DNA of 64,000 bases from an uncultured Acidobacteriota bacterium (lineage in GTDB: Bacteria > Acidobacteriota > Terriglobia > UBA7540). The stretch spans positions 512,001-576,000 of the forward strand of contig CAWDSK010000006.1 of the NCBI GenBank assembly GCA_963804995.1, in the 5' to 3' direction. The position numbers were made by a program, and so were the translations under genes. How positions within the stretch are numbered: position 1 is the stretch's first letter; each line of letters starts with the position of its first letter. Below the pieces are notes generated by a model. The model worked only from the letters and a program-made list of their open reading frames with translations, made no database searches and was not told the origin of the DNA. Positions 20,992 through 30,734 of the stretch are shown here, piece after piece.

Positions 20992-22164
20992 TCAAGCCTT
21001 GATGAAGATCTTATTTCGATACATCCAGAACAGCATTAACCACTCGACAGCCAGAACCACCACAGCTCGGAGCAGGGGTCCGAGGTTTCCCGATGTCCCC
21101 ACCATTCCCTTCGTAAAGATGCTCACCCAATTATGCAAAGGGACAATGCTGCTGAACATGTAAATGAAAACCGCGTTGCTGCCGATTACGACCAAGGGCA
21201 GCGTCCATCCGCGGTGGCCGCGCACGTCGATCGCCCAGTAGAACAACAAGAACATCAGGCAGGCCCATCCCGCCGTCACCAGGCCGTAGCTGGTGGTCCA
21301 GATTTTCATGATGATCGGGACAAAGGGGCTTATCGCGTAGCCGGTGGCGAGACAAAGAAGGCCTGCGCCCGCAATCATCTTCACCTTGCTCTCTTTCGAT
21401 CGGGCGCTCATCAGCCATCCGCCGATCAGCAGGCCAAGAATCGTGGTCGATAGGGTGGGCAGGGTGCACAGTACTGTTCCCCAAGGTTCCGTCACGGGGT
21501 AGGTTCTTCCCAGGACCATGAGGTCAATGGACCTCACAAGGTTAACGCCCGGTTCGTAGCTTCCCGCCGGAACGCCGGACGCTGGCACGAGCGCCAGGAT
21601 TAAGGCATAGGCCACAAGAATCGAGGCGCCCACTGCCGCTTGAAAGCGCTGCGATTTCCGCACCAGCAAGAATGCCACGAGAGAAGCGATAGCGATAGGT
21701 TGCAAAGCGCTGCTGAGTTCGACCCAGTAGGGCGCGCCTTGGTTGATTGAGGTTCGAAGTGAACCCAGCAGGAAAAGGACGGCACAGCGCTGCACGGCAT
21801 GTACAAGCATCTGCGGATAGGTCTGGGTGCGCGAGCGCTTGGCGAATGATAGTGGCACCGAAACGCCCACCATCAGCATAAAGGACGGCCAGATGCAGTC
21901 ATAGAAACGCAAGCCCACCCAGGGTGTGTGGTTGAGCTCATAGACAAGAGCATTTAACAGGCCGTTCGGCTTAAGCGCCTGGAGCCCGACCGCCAGCGCC
22001 TCGCCCCCGATAATCCAAAACATAATGAAGCCGCGGAAGGTATCAAGCGAGACCAGCCGCCCTTGCCCCGGGGATGGGGTGGGAGCCGTTCTCCCCGGCT
22101 GCTCTGCCAGCGCGGGCGTGGCTTGTTCTTTTTCCACAATAACGTTAGGAAGATTGGTCGCCAT
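20992..22164 (-). CDS. Membrane acyltransferase (heparan-alpha-glucosaminide N-acetyltransferase/DUF5009-like)
   Basis: RLVSLDTFRG, DCIWPSFMLMVGVS, PIIMKIWTTSY and GSNA motifs. Confidence 0.85.
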   Translation of the reverse strand: MATNLPNVIVEKEQATPALAEQPGRTAPTPSPGQGRLVSLDTFRGFIMFWIIGGEALAVGLQALKPNGLLNALVYELNHTPWVGLRFYDCIWPSFMLMVGVSVPLSFAKRSRTQTYPQMLVHAVQRCAVLFLLGSLRTSINQGAPYWVELSSALQPIAIASLVAFLLVRKSQRFQAAVGASILVAYALILALVPASGVPAGSYEPGVNLVRSIDLMVLGRTYPVTEPWGTVLCTLPTLSTTILGLLIGGWLMSARSKESKVKMIAGAGLLCLATGYAISPFVPIIMKIWTTSYGLVTAGWACLMFLLFYWAIDVRGHRGWTLPLVVIGSNAVFIYMFSSIVPLHNWVSIFTKGMVGTSGNLGPLLRAVVVLAVEWLMLFWMYRNKIFIKA

Positions 22165-22400
22165 GAGGGTACTCCCTTCTTTGCTTCGGACCCATAGCCG
22201 GGATTGGGCTGCCGGCTGTGAGTCAGACCCCAGGCCGAAGAGCTTTGCTCCACAGGCTTGACGGAGCCTCGGCACATGGTTACCTAATCCTGCGGGAAGT
22301 TCAATCGAATTAACTGGGAGTCCTCAGACTTAATCTGTTGCCTGCCATTACGTTGAGGTGTAACCTACTGCGGAACATTCCAAGTCAATGGGGGATATCG

Positions 22401-23826
22401 ATGCCAGTAGAAAAACCGGATGACGTGAAACACCTTGGTAAAGAAGTTTTAAAGAAGGGTTCGAGTGCCGCCGCTCTCGCGGGAATTACTTTTATTACGC
22501 AGCCCCAAAGGGTTTTCGGCGCCAATGACCGCGTGCGCGTGGGCATCTGCGGCTTGCGCGGGCAGGGATTCTTTCACGCCGAAAACTACGCCATGATACC
22601 GAATGTCGAAATTGCCGCCTTCTGCGACCCTGATGCGAACATCCTAAGCGGGCGCCTGGCTGACCTGGCTCTAATGGCGCTGCCGCAACCCAAGACCTTC
22701 AGCGACGTTCCGCAAGCTGCTTGACGACAAATCCATTGATTGCGTTTCCATCGCCACGCCCAACCACTGGCACTCGCTGATCGGGGTTTGGGCTTGCCAG
22801 GCAGGCAAAGATGTTTACGTTGAGAAGCCCGGTTCACATAACTGGTGGGACGGCCACCAGCTTGTGCGCGCTGCCCACAAGTATGACCGAATGGTGCAAC
22901 ACGGCGTCAACATGCGCGCGAGTGATTGCCTGCGCGAAGCCGTGCAGCAGCTTCGCGACGGGGTGATTGGCGACGTCTACATGGCGCGCGGCCTCTGTTA
23001 CAACTGGCGCGACACGATAGGCCACACTCCTGAAGAACCCGTTCCCGCGGGCGTGGAATACGATCTCTGGATGGGTCCCGCGCCGGTCAAGCCTTTCACC
23101 AGGAATCGCTTCCACTATAACTGGCACTGGCAGTGGGATTACGGCAACGGTGACATCGGCAATCAGGGCATCCATGAGCTCGATGTGGCGCGATGGGGAC
23201 TGGGCGTGGGCTTCCCCAACCGCGTTTCGGCGATGGGCGGCCACTTCATGTTTGACGACGACCAGGAAACTCCGAACACGCTTAACTGTGTGTGGGAGTA
23301 CGACCTGCCTGACGGCAAACGCAAGCTCCTGGAATTTGAAGTCCGCCATTGGATCACCAACCATGAAGCCGCTATCCGTACGGCAGGGTTTGGGCTGGAA
23401 ATACCAGGGTTCCTCGGTCCCCCTACGCCTGGACCCAAGCGGCGTCTGTTTGAAAACGGGATGGTGGGCGACATCTTTTACGGCTCCAAAGGCTACATGG
23501 CCACGACCGACTCCGGACCCTACCAGATCTACCGCACCTGGCTTGGCGAAACGCAGGAAAACGGTCCCACCGCCACGCACGGCGGGGGGAATAGTTGGGT
23601 TAATTTCATCGACTGCGTACGCAGCCGCAAGAAAGAAAACCTGCTATCGCCCATCGATGAAGGGCACATTTCCTGCACGCTCGTGCACCTGGCCAACGCG
23701 TCTTACCGGCTGGGCCGGAGCCTCCGCTTCGACCCCTCGACCGAGCAGGTCATCGGCGACGAGGAAGCCAGTAAGCTGTTGCGAGGCGCTTATCGCGAGC
23801 CTTTTGTGGTTCGCGAAGAAGTTTAG
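22401..23826 (+). pseudogene. Gfo/Idh/MocA oxidoreductase, frameshifted near 22710
   Basis: GANDRVRVG N-terminus; removing one C gives DVRKLLDDKSIDCVSIATPNHWH...VYVEKP, in frame with ORF 22864-23826. Confidence 0.88.
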
Positions 23827-24147
23827 GTTTAGCTTCCACCTTTCGCCGTCATACTCAGGTCGCCAGGGCGGACCTAAACTTTCTCACCGGTCAGAAATCC
23901 GCGTAAGGGGAGAGCTGCCTCGAAGGAACTCAGGCACATGTTGAATCGATATCAGCAGAAAATAGATGTCGCGACACGCGGCGTCCTGTTCACCTGTGTG
24001 TTGCTCTGCCTCATGACTTGGCCAGATCGCCGGGCCTTCTTCAAGCATCCCGAGACCCTCTAAAGCGAACTGTTAAGCTACAATGGGAGCCTGTCCAACG
24101 TTCCACCTGCGGAACCGTGAACCCGCGGGGGGCAATGGCAAGCGCCC

Positions 24148-25245
24148 ATGCACATTCCCGATGGCTACCTCAGCCCGTCCACCTGCGTCGTTATGTACGG
24201 CGCCTCCACGCCGTTCTGGTACGTCGCCTTGAGACGCATGAAGAAGTTGCTGGCCACGCGTCTGGTTCCCCTTCTTTCAGTGGTCGCAGCGTTTTCCTTC
24301 GTCATAATGATGTTCAATCTACCTTTGCCCGGCGGCACCACCGGCCACGCCGTGGGTGTAGGAATCGCCACGATTATTCTGGGACCGTGGGCATCGATCC
24401 TGGCGCTTTCGACGGCCTTGCTGATCCAGGCAGTTTTTTTTGGAGATGGCGGAATCACCACGCTCGGCGCCAACTGCTTCAACATGGCGATTGTCGGGTC
24501 TCTTGTGGCCTATGCTGTTTACCGAATCACCGCTGGCCGCACAGCCCTGACCTCCCCGCGCCGAGTGGCGGCGGCGGGTTTGGCAGGATACATCGCCATT
24601 AACGCTTCGGCCTTATGCGCCGCGGTGGAGTTCGGCATTCAGCCCCTGTGGTTCAAAGACCCGAGCGGAGCACCCCTCTACGCTCCTTACTCTCTGAGCA
24701 TCGCGATTCCCGCCATGATGCTTGGGCACCTTACTCTGGCCGGAATTGCCGAACTTTTTCTTTCCGCGGGAGTAGTGGCCTACTTTCAAAGGACCAACCC
24801 TTCCCTGCTGAGGCTCACGGCTCCGGGAGCATCGGCCGCTGACGACTCGCTTGGTTTCGCTGCCGGCCAAAGTACGTGGCGCGCTATACGGCCTCTTTGG
24901 ACGGCGCTCGCCCTACTGCTGGTTTTAACCCCGCTGGGGATTTTGGCGGCGGGAACGGCCTGGGGGGAGTGGAGCGCGCGAGACCTTGCCGATCCGCACT
25001 CGCGTCAGATGATCACGGCGGCGTCCGGAAATGCCGCGCTGCCCCTCCAGGCGCCTCAAGGCCTCGAGCGCCTTTACTCTGTGTGGACGGCGCCCTTCCC
25101 CCAGTATGCTCCGGCGTTTGTCCGGCGGCCTGCGGTGGGCTATGCACTTTCCGCCATGTTCGGCTCGGGGCTGATTATTTTGGTTTTTCTGGTCGCGGGC
25201 ACTCTGGCCACGCGCAGCAGAGTGGGATCGAGCGGGGCGGATTAA
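24148..25245 (+). CDS. cbiM: Ni/Co ECF transporter substrate component, CbiM/NikM with C-terminal extension
   Basis: MHIPDGYL N-terminus, GTTGH, FGDGGITTLGAN. Confidence 0.92.
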   Translation: MHIPDGYLSPSTCVVMYGASTPFWYVALRRMKKLLATRLVPLLSVVAAFSFVIMMFNLPLPGGTTGHAVGVGIATIILGPWASILALSTALLIQAVFFGDGGITTLGANCFNMAIVGSLVAYAVYRITAGRTALTSPRRVAAAGLAGYIAINASALCAAVEFGIQPLWFKDPSGAPLYAPYSLSIAIPAMMLGHLTLAGIAELFLSAGVVAYFQRTNPSLLRLTAPGASAADDSLGFAAGQSTWRAIRPLWTALALLLVLTPLGILAAGTAWGEWSARDLADPHSRQMITAASGNAALPLQAPQGLERLYSVWTAPFPQYAPAFVRRPAVGYALSAMFGSGLIILVFLVAGTLATRSRVGSSGAD

Positions 25246-25263
25246 GCTGGACACAATAATCCC

Positions 25264-26073
25264 ATGAATTTTCTTGAGCGCACCCTGTCGAGTTTCGTCC
25301 AGGCCCTGGAGCGTGCCCTCTACGCCGAGGAACTCGCGAAAGTGAAAGGCCTGCTTCAGCGGCTCGATCCGCGCGTCAAGGTCATTGGCATCCTGGGATT
25401 GATTGTTGCCGCCGCCATGGCCCGGAAGCTCTGGGTCATCGGTGCGGTATTTGTGATTGCGCTTATCCTGGCCATTTCCTCCCGCGTACCCCTTGCGATC
25501 CTCACCCAGCGGGTTTGGATTCCCGTACTCTTGTTCACAGGAGTCATCGCCCTGCCTGCGCCGTTCGTGATACCTGGCCGCGAGGTCTGGCGCCTTCCCT
25601 GGCTGGGTTGGCCCGTAACGGTCCAGGGATTCACCAGCGCCGCTTATCTCGTGACGCGGGTTGAAACCGCGGCAACACTATCAGTCCTTCTCATCCTCTC
25701 GACACCCTGGAGTCATGTACTCAAGGCGCTGCGCGTACTTCGCGTGCCGGTCGTCGTTGTGGCAATACTGGGCATGGCCTACCGCTATATCTTCTTGCTG
25801 CTCGAAAGCGCTCACGATATGTTGGAATCGCGCCGCAGCCGTATGGTGGGCAATCTGGAAGGACCGGAGCGCCGCCGCGTTGCCGCCGCAAGTGTGGGAG
25901 TCCTGATGTCCAAGACGCTGCAACTAAGCGGTGACGTCTATAGCGCCATGCTGGCCAGGGGATTTCGTGGCGAGGTCTATGTGCTGGATGACTTCAAAAC
26001 CGCCGCACTCGATTGGATCATGCTGGCCGTTTTCGTGACCCTGGCGGCAGGCGCGTTTTATTGGGGGAGATGA
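25264..26073 (+). CDS. cbiQ: ECF transporter T component CbiQ/NikQ
   Basis: LDPRVK, YRYIFLL, SRRSR and AMLARGF motifs. Confidence 0.92.
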   Translation: MNFLERTLSSFVQALERALYAEELAKVKGLLQRLDPRVKVIGILGLIVAAAMARKLWVIGAVFVIALILAISSRVPLAILTQRVWIPVLLFTGVIALPAPFVIPGREVWRLPWLGWPVTVQGFTSAAYLVTRVETAATLSVLLILSTPWSHVLKALRVLRVPVVVVAILGMAYRYIFLLLESAHDMLESRRSRMVGNLEGPERRRVAAASVGVLMSKTLQLSGDVYSAMLARGFRGEVYVLDDFKTAALDWIMLAVFVTLAAGAFYWGR

Positions 26074-26076
26074 GGC

Positions 26077-26210
26077 GATTTTAGATTTTGGATTTTAGAT
26101 TTTGGATTGAAGCAGAGCTGCCAGGGGAGCGCGCTCATCAGAAATTTGAAATTGAAAAACGAAAGATCTAAGATCCAAAGCCGAAATCGAAAATCCAGAT
26201 TCCAGAAATC
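26077..26210. repeat. Heptamer tandem repeats (attttag/attttgg) with degenerate inverted partner
   Basis: (gatttt[a/g])n followed by aaatc-type repeats. Confidence 0.75.
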
Positions 26211-26212
26211 CT

Positions 26213-27017
26213 ATGCCAGTTCCAGTCTTTGACGTTCGCGAGATCACATTCCGTTATCACCAAGTCACCGCGCTCGAACAACTTGAGCCTGGCGGTCGCT
26301 CCCGGCCAGCGCGTGGCTCTGCTGGGGGCCAACGGCTCCGGTAAATCCACGCTACTGCGCATTCTCGATGGACTGGCCTTTCCGGAAAAGGGTAGAGTCA
26401 CGTTCTGCGGGGGGGCGCTCACTGAAGAACGCCTGCAGAATTCTGACTTCGTCTACGATTTTCGCCGCCGCGTGGGGCTGGTCTTCCAGAATCCGGACGT
26501 TCAGCTCTTTTCGCCTACGGTGTTTGATGAAGTGGCCTTCGGTCCCTTGCAGCTTGCATGGCCCAAGGAAAAGGTCCGAGCTCAGGTTGAGCAGATGCTG
26601 GAGGTGATGAAGATCTCCCATCTCAAAGATCGCTCGCCGCATCACCTTTCAACGGGAGAGAAGAAGCACGTCACGCTTGCCTCCGTGCTGGTGTTGGATC
26701 CGGAAGTGCTGCTGCTTGACGAGCCCACTGCCGCTCTCGACCCCAAGAGTGCGAGCCAGATCATCGATTTCCTGATTGGTCTCAGGGGCGGCCCGAAGAC
26801 TGTGGTCACGACGACGCACGACCTCGATATCGTGGAGGACGTTGCCGATCATTGCTTCGTTTTCCAAAGCGGGCGCGTGGTCGCTGCAGGCGCGCCCGGG
26901 GAAATTTTGCGTGAAACTGCTTTGCTCGAGCAAACCAATCTCGTCCATGCGCACCGGCACATTCATCCTTCGGGAGAAGTTCACACGCATCCGCATTTGC
27001 ACTCCCATAAACATTGA
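26213..27017 (+). CDS. cbiO: ECF ATPase CbiO/NikO with His-rich tail (1-nt frameshift near 26277)
   Basis: GANGSGKST, FQNPD, LLLDEP; N-terminus MPVPVFDVREITFRYHQVTAL is in another frame. Confidence 0.88.
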
Positions 27018-27241
27018 CAACCCGCTATAAGCCCTTATAAACCATTACAGACCCTACTACGGGCGCTTGCGGGGAAAATGGTAAATTTGTCTGTTTCTGG
27101 GGTGCAGCAAAAAAATGACAAATCTCCCGCGCAATTCGCTCCAAACGTAAATATAATCTGCAACCGGCGGTTGTGTGCCCGGTGAGGTGGCAAGCAACCG
27201 AGGGAGCGGCCGCCAAGCAATGATAATGGGGAGGAGACTTC

Positions 27242-28558
27242 ATGGATAACGATACTCTGAATATTTTGGACAAGCGGACGAACACGACTTATGAAGTGCC
27301 GTTTCACAAGGGCACCATACGCGCCATGGATTTGCGGAAGATTAAAACCGGGCCCGAGGATTTCGGCCTGATGACTTACGACCCGGCGTTCATGAACACG
27401 GCTTCGTGTCACAGCGCCATTACTTTCATCGACGGCGACAAAGGCATTCTGCGCTACCGCGGGTATCCCATCGAGCAACTCGCGGAGAAGTGTACGTTCC
27501 TTGAGGTCGCATATCTGCTTCTCGCTGGTGAGTTGCCTACGTCCTCCCAATTAAAGGACTGGGTCAACAATGTCACTCACCACACCATGTTGCACGAGAC
27601 GACCAAGAAGTTTCTGGAGGGTTTCCGTTACAACGCCCACCCCATGGGAATGTTCATCAGCACTGTCGCGGCGCTCTCCACGGTTTATCCGGAAGCCCGG
27701 GATGTGCATGACGCCGCCACGCGGCAACTCCAGATTTTTCGCCTGATCGGCAAAGTTCCCACCATCGCCGCTTACACGTACCGCCACGGCCTGGGCTTCC
27801 CCTACGTCTATCCCGACAACGACCTGAGCTATGCCGAAAACTTCATGAACATGTTGTGGAGGATGGCGGAGCCCAAGTACGTGGCCAATCCCGCCCTGGC
27901 GCGCGCGCTCGACATCCTCTTCATCCTGCACGCCGACCACGAGCAGAATTGCAGCGCCAACGTGATGCGTTCGGTGGGCAGTTCCCAGGCCGACCCGTTT
28001 GTGTCGACGGCTGCGGCGGCGGCAGCGCTCTCCGGCCCCTTGCACGGCGGCGCCAATGAAGAAGTGCTGAAAATGCTTGACGAGATCGGATCGAAGGACA
28101 AGGTGCCGGCTTACATTGAAAGCATCAAAGCGGGCAAGGGAAAGTTGATGGGCTTCGGCCACCGCGTCTACAAGAACTACGATCCCCGCGCGCGCATCAT
28201 CAAGCAGGCCGCCGAAGAAGTCTTCGAGGTCACCGGCAAGAATCCCAAGCTCGAAATCGCCCTGGAACTGGAACGCATCGCGCTGCAAGACGATTACTTC
28301 GTCAAGCGCAAGCTCTATCCCAACGTGGATTTCTACTCCGGCATCATCTACCAGGCCATGGGATTCCAGCCGGAAATGTTTACGGTGCTGTTTGCCATTC
28401 CGCGTACGGCCGGATGGCTGGCGCAATGGCAGGAAATGATCCAGGACCCCGAACAGAAAATTGCCCGCCCACGCCAGATTTACACCGGCTACGACGAGCG
28501 GAATGTTGTTCCCATGGAGAAGCGCGGGGAGGCGAAGGAAGCAGGCAGTGGGCGGTAA
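27242..28558 (+). CDS. gltA: Citrate synthase
   Basis: HADHEQN, GPLHGGANE, GFGHRVYK and YPNVDFYSG motifs. Confidence 0.97.
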   Translation: MDNDTLNILDKRTNTTYEVPFHKGTIRAMDLRKIKTGPEDFGLMTYDPAFMNTASCHSAITFIDGDKGILRYRGYPIEQLAEKCTFLEVAYLLLAGELPTSSQLKDWVNNVTHHTMLHETTKKFLEGFRYNAHPMGMFISTVAALSTVYPEARDVHDAATRQLQIFRLIGKVPTIAAYTYRHGLGFPYVYPDNDLSYAENFMNMLWRMAEPKYVANPALARALDILFILHADHEQNCSANVMRSVGSSQADPFVSTAAAAAALSGPLHGGANEEVLKMLDEIGSKDKVPAYIESIKAGKGKLMGFGHRVYKNYDPRARIIKQAAEEVFEVTGKNPKLEIALELERIALQDDYFVKRKLYPNVDFYSGIIYQAMGFQPEMFTVLFAIPRTAGWLAQWQEMIQDPEQKIARPRQIYTGYDERNVVPMEKRGEAKEAGSGR

Positions 28559-28650
28559 GCAGAAAGCAGAAGGCAGAAAGCAGAAGGCGGTAGGCAGCGA
28601 GCGGCGTGTGCGAGTCCCGACGCCATCGGGATGGGCGGCAGGCAGTGATT

Positions 28651-28688
28651 GTAGCGCGGACCCCCGTCGTTGGGGTCCGCGGCTCTTC
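28651..28688 (+). repeat. GTAG-type REP, family B
   Basis: gtagcgcggaccccc...ggggtccgcggctcttc; paired copies at 32053-32189 and 34970-35090. Confidence 0.8.
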
Positions 28689-28824
28689 CGTTGACGCCTT
28701 CGATCATGCGGCAACAGGAGAGTTGGTAGCCACGGTCAGCGTTTTTCTGACCGTGGGTTCTTCCCTTGATGACGAGGGCATAGCACGCAGGGACAGTTCA
28801 ACCCCGAGCGGAAGCGGCGGGTGA

Positions 28825-29001
28825 GGCGGGGGTAGCCACGGTTAACGATTTTCTGACCGTGGGTTCTTCTGGTGGTGGTCGGGTTACAGCAAACTTACTT
28901 TGGACAGGGCAACGGTAGCCGCGTGTTCCATCCAGATTGACGACCTGCCGCTGGAGCATCGGGCATGAGAAAAGCCCACGGTCAGAAAAACGCTGACCGT
29001 G
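28825..29001 (+). repeat. REPIN family G (gtagccacggtcag...ctgaccgtgg), right arm split by the IS
   Basis: Arm ends ...ctgaccgtg at 29001 and resumes gctacccgc at 30716; extra arm at 28725-28760; inverted homolog at 31801-32000. Confidence 0.88.
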
Positions 29002-29078
29002 ATGTTATGAAACGGCGATGCCTCCTCGGGTCCAGGTAGACTGGACCTGGGAAAGAAATTCAACGAGGAGGCAAGACG

Positions 29079-30119
29079 ATGATACCGGTTGCGTCGGACG
29101 TTCACAAGGGACGTTGTTGGATGGCGATGATTCCGCCCGGGGAAGACGTAAAAATGCTGGAGCCGATCGAGTGCACGCGGGAAGCGTGGCGGCAGCGCTT
29201 GGCGGAGCTGCCGCCGGATGCGGAGATCGCTCTGGAAGTTTCCACCAGCGGTTATTTTGTGATGAGTGTGCTGGAAGAGGCGGGGTGGCGGGATCGGGCG
29301 CACTGGGTGCACACGGCGGGGATCGACAGCTTGCGCAAGCAGAAGTCGGACCGGCTGGACACTCGGCGCTTGGTGAAGAAACTGGCGGTGCACGACGTGG
29401 AGCCGCTACCGGAGGCTTGGTTTCCGCCCCCTTCCATCCGGGAATTACGCCTGCTGGCGCGGCAGCGGTGCGGCCTGGCGCGGCTGCGGGCCCAGACGAA
29501 GAACCGCGTCAATAGCCTGCTGGAGATGCACGGGCTGCGACCGCAGCGGTGCGTCTTCACCGCCAAGGGGCGAGCCTGGATCCAGCAGCAAGCGCTCTCG
29601 TCGGCGGCGCAGTTGTGTTTCGAGCGGATGTTTCGCCTGTACGATTTTCTCAGCGCCGAGCGCGAAACCAGCGAGGCGGAACTGCTGGCGGCCGCCGCGG
29701 CTTTCCCCCAGGTGGCGCTCCTGCAGACCATCCCCGGCCTCGGGCACATGCTGGCGGCGGTCATCTGGAGCGAGATCGGAGACCTGGCGCGTTTCGACTC
29801 CGCCGACGCGCTGTTGAACTATACCGGCTTGGTGCCCAGTTCCTACGATAGTGGCGAGGTTTCGATTCATGGTCCGATCACCCGCCAAGGTCCGGTCTGG
29901 TTGCGCTGGGCCTTGATCACCGCCGCCAACGCCCTGACGCGCAGCAAGAGCCCGCTCGGCCAGCGTTACTGGCACCTGCGGCGCTGCCACAAGCACCCCA
30001 ATGTGGCCAAGACGGCGGTGGCGGGTTCGGTCGCCCGCTGCGTTTACGGAGTTTTGAAACACGGAGCACCTTTCCAGGCCGAACGTTGGGGCCGGAGAGC
30101 CGGCAAGCTGGGGCAGTAA
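29079..30119 (+). CDS. IS110-family DEDD recombinase/transposase
   Basis: SDVHK, LEVST and KSDRLD (DEDD); TIPGLG; GLVPSSYDSG with the catalytic Ser; ITRQG..LRWAL; GAGGAGG RBS. Confidence 0.95.
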   Translation: MIPVASDVHKGRCWMAMIPPGEDVKMLEPIECTREAWRQRLAELPPDAEIALEVSTSGYFVMSVLEEAGWRDRAHWVHTAGIDSLRKQKSDRLDTRRLVKKLAVHDVEPLPEAWFPPPSIRELRLLARQRCGLARLRAQTKNRVNSLLEMHGLRPQRCVFTAKGRAWIQQQALSSAAQLCFERMFRLYDFLSAERETSEAELLAAAAAFPQVALLQTIPGLGHMLAAVIWSEIGDLARFDSADALLNYTGLVPSSYDSGEVSIHGPITRQGPVWLRWALITAANALTRSKSPLGQRYWHLRRCHKHPNVAKTAVAGSVARCVYGVLKHGAPFQAERWGRRAGKLGQ

Positions 30120-30690
30120 GCCTGAGGTAGCCATGGGGAAACCAAACCCGAACCGTGATGAGGAACTGCCCCTCGAACAACAGACTGAGGCCTGCGGGAG
30201 ACCCCCGCAGTGATCCTGTAGAGATGACTGGAATCGGCGCATCCGCCGGCGACATCGTGGCAAGCGACAAGCGCCCACGTCCTGGGCTCCGAGTTTCAGA
30301 AAGGGCCGAGCGAGAATTCTTCTCCTCGGCCGCGGTCGGGGGTGCGTGGCCTGGGGATTTCTCTTGGGCCACCGCACCACCGGCAGGCCAGGGTGAGAAC
30401 CTGGCCCTACCCCAGGGAGGTGTTTTAACTTAGCCGTGCAAGTTTCGGAGTGGCGAACTCGGCGAGGATCGTAATCGGCCGGGCGTTTTCTCAGGCATGG
30501 GGAAGCTATCGTAACCACCAGGAGGAGGAGCGATCATCCCATCGCCCCCCTGCTCGTCGTTACGATGAGCCTCCCACCGGCTATTCCTCGGCGGGTTGCT
30601 CGCCAGCAGAGCCCGCTTCCGCTTCGCCGGCTGACTGCCATTCTGAAACTAGGTGCAGACTTCTGTCAATCGGCACCTAAAATCCGCTTG
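30111..30690 (+). ncRNA. Predicted bridge/seek RNA in the 3' non-coding end
   Basis: Internal loop with GGTAGCCA and ACCGTG matches the target; AGAGATGA and GACATCG match the circle junction; many hairpins; exact ends unknown. Confidence 0.75.
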
Positions 30691-30734
30691 ACACGGCATC
30701 GCGGTTTCAGAGATGGCTACCCGCTGACGACGCA

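Larger units (their letters stand above)
29002..30715 (+). mobile_element. Complete IS110-superfamily (IS1111-type) insertion sequence
   Basis: Sub-terminal IRs tgaaacggcgatgcc (29008-29022) and ggcatcgcggtttca (30695-30709); TG core at both ends; removal restores the REP. Confidence 0.92.

Noticed and set aside
23830..24147. Cobalamin riboswitch upstream of cbiM
   Set aside because: No recognisable B12 box or conserved core by eye
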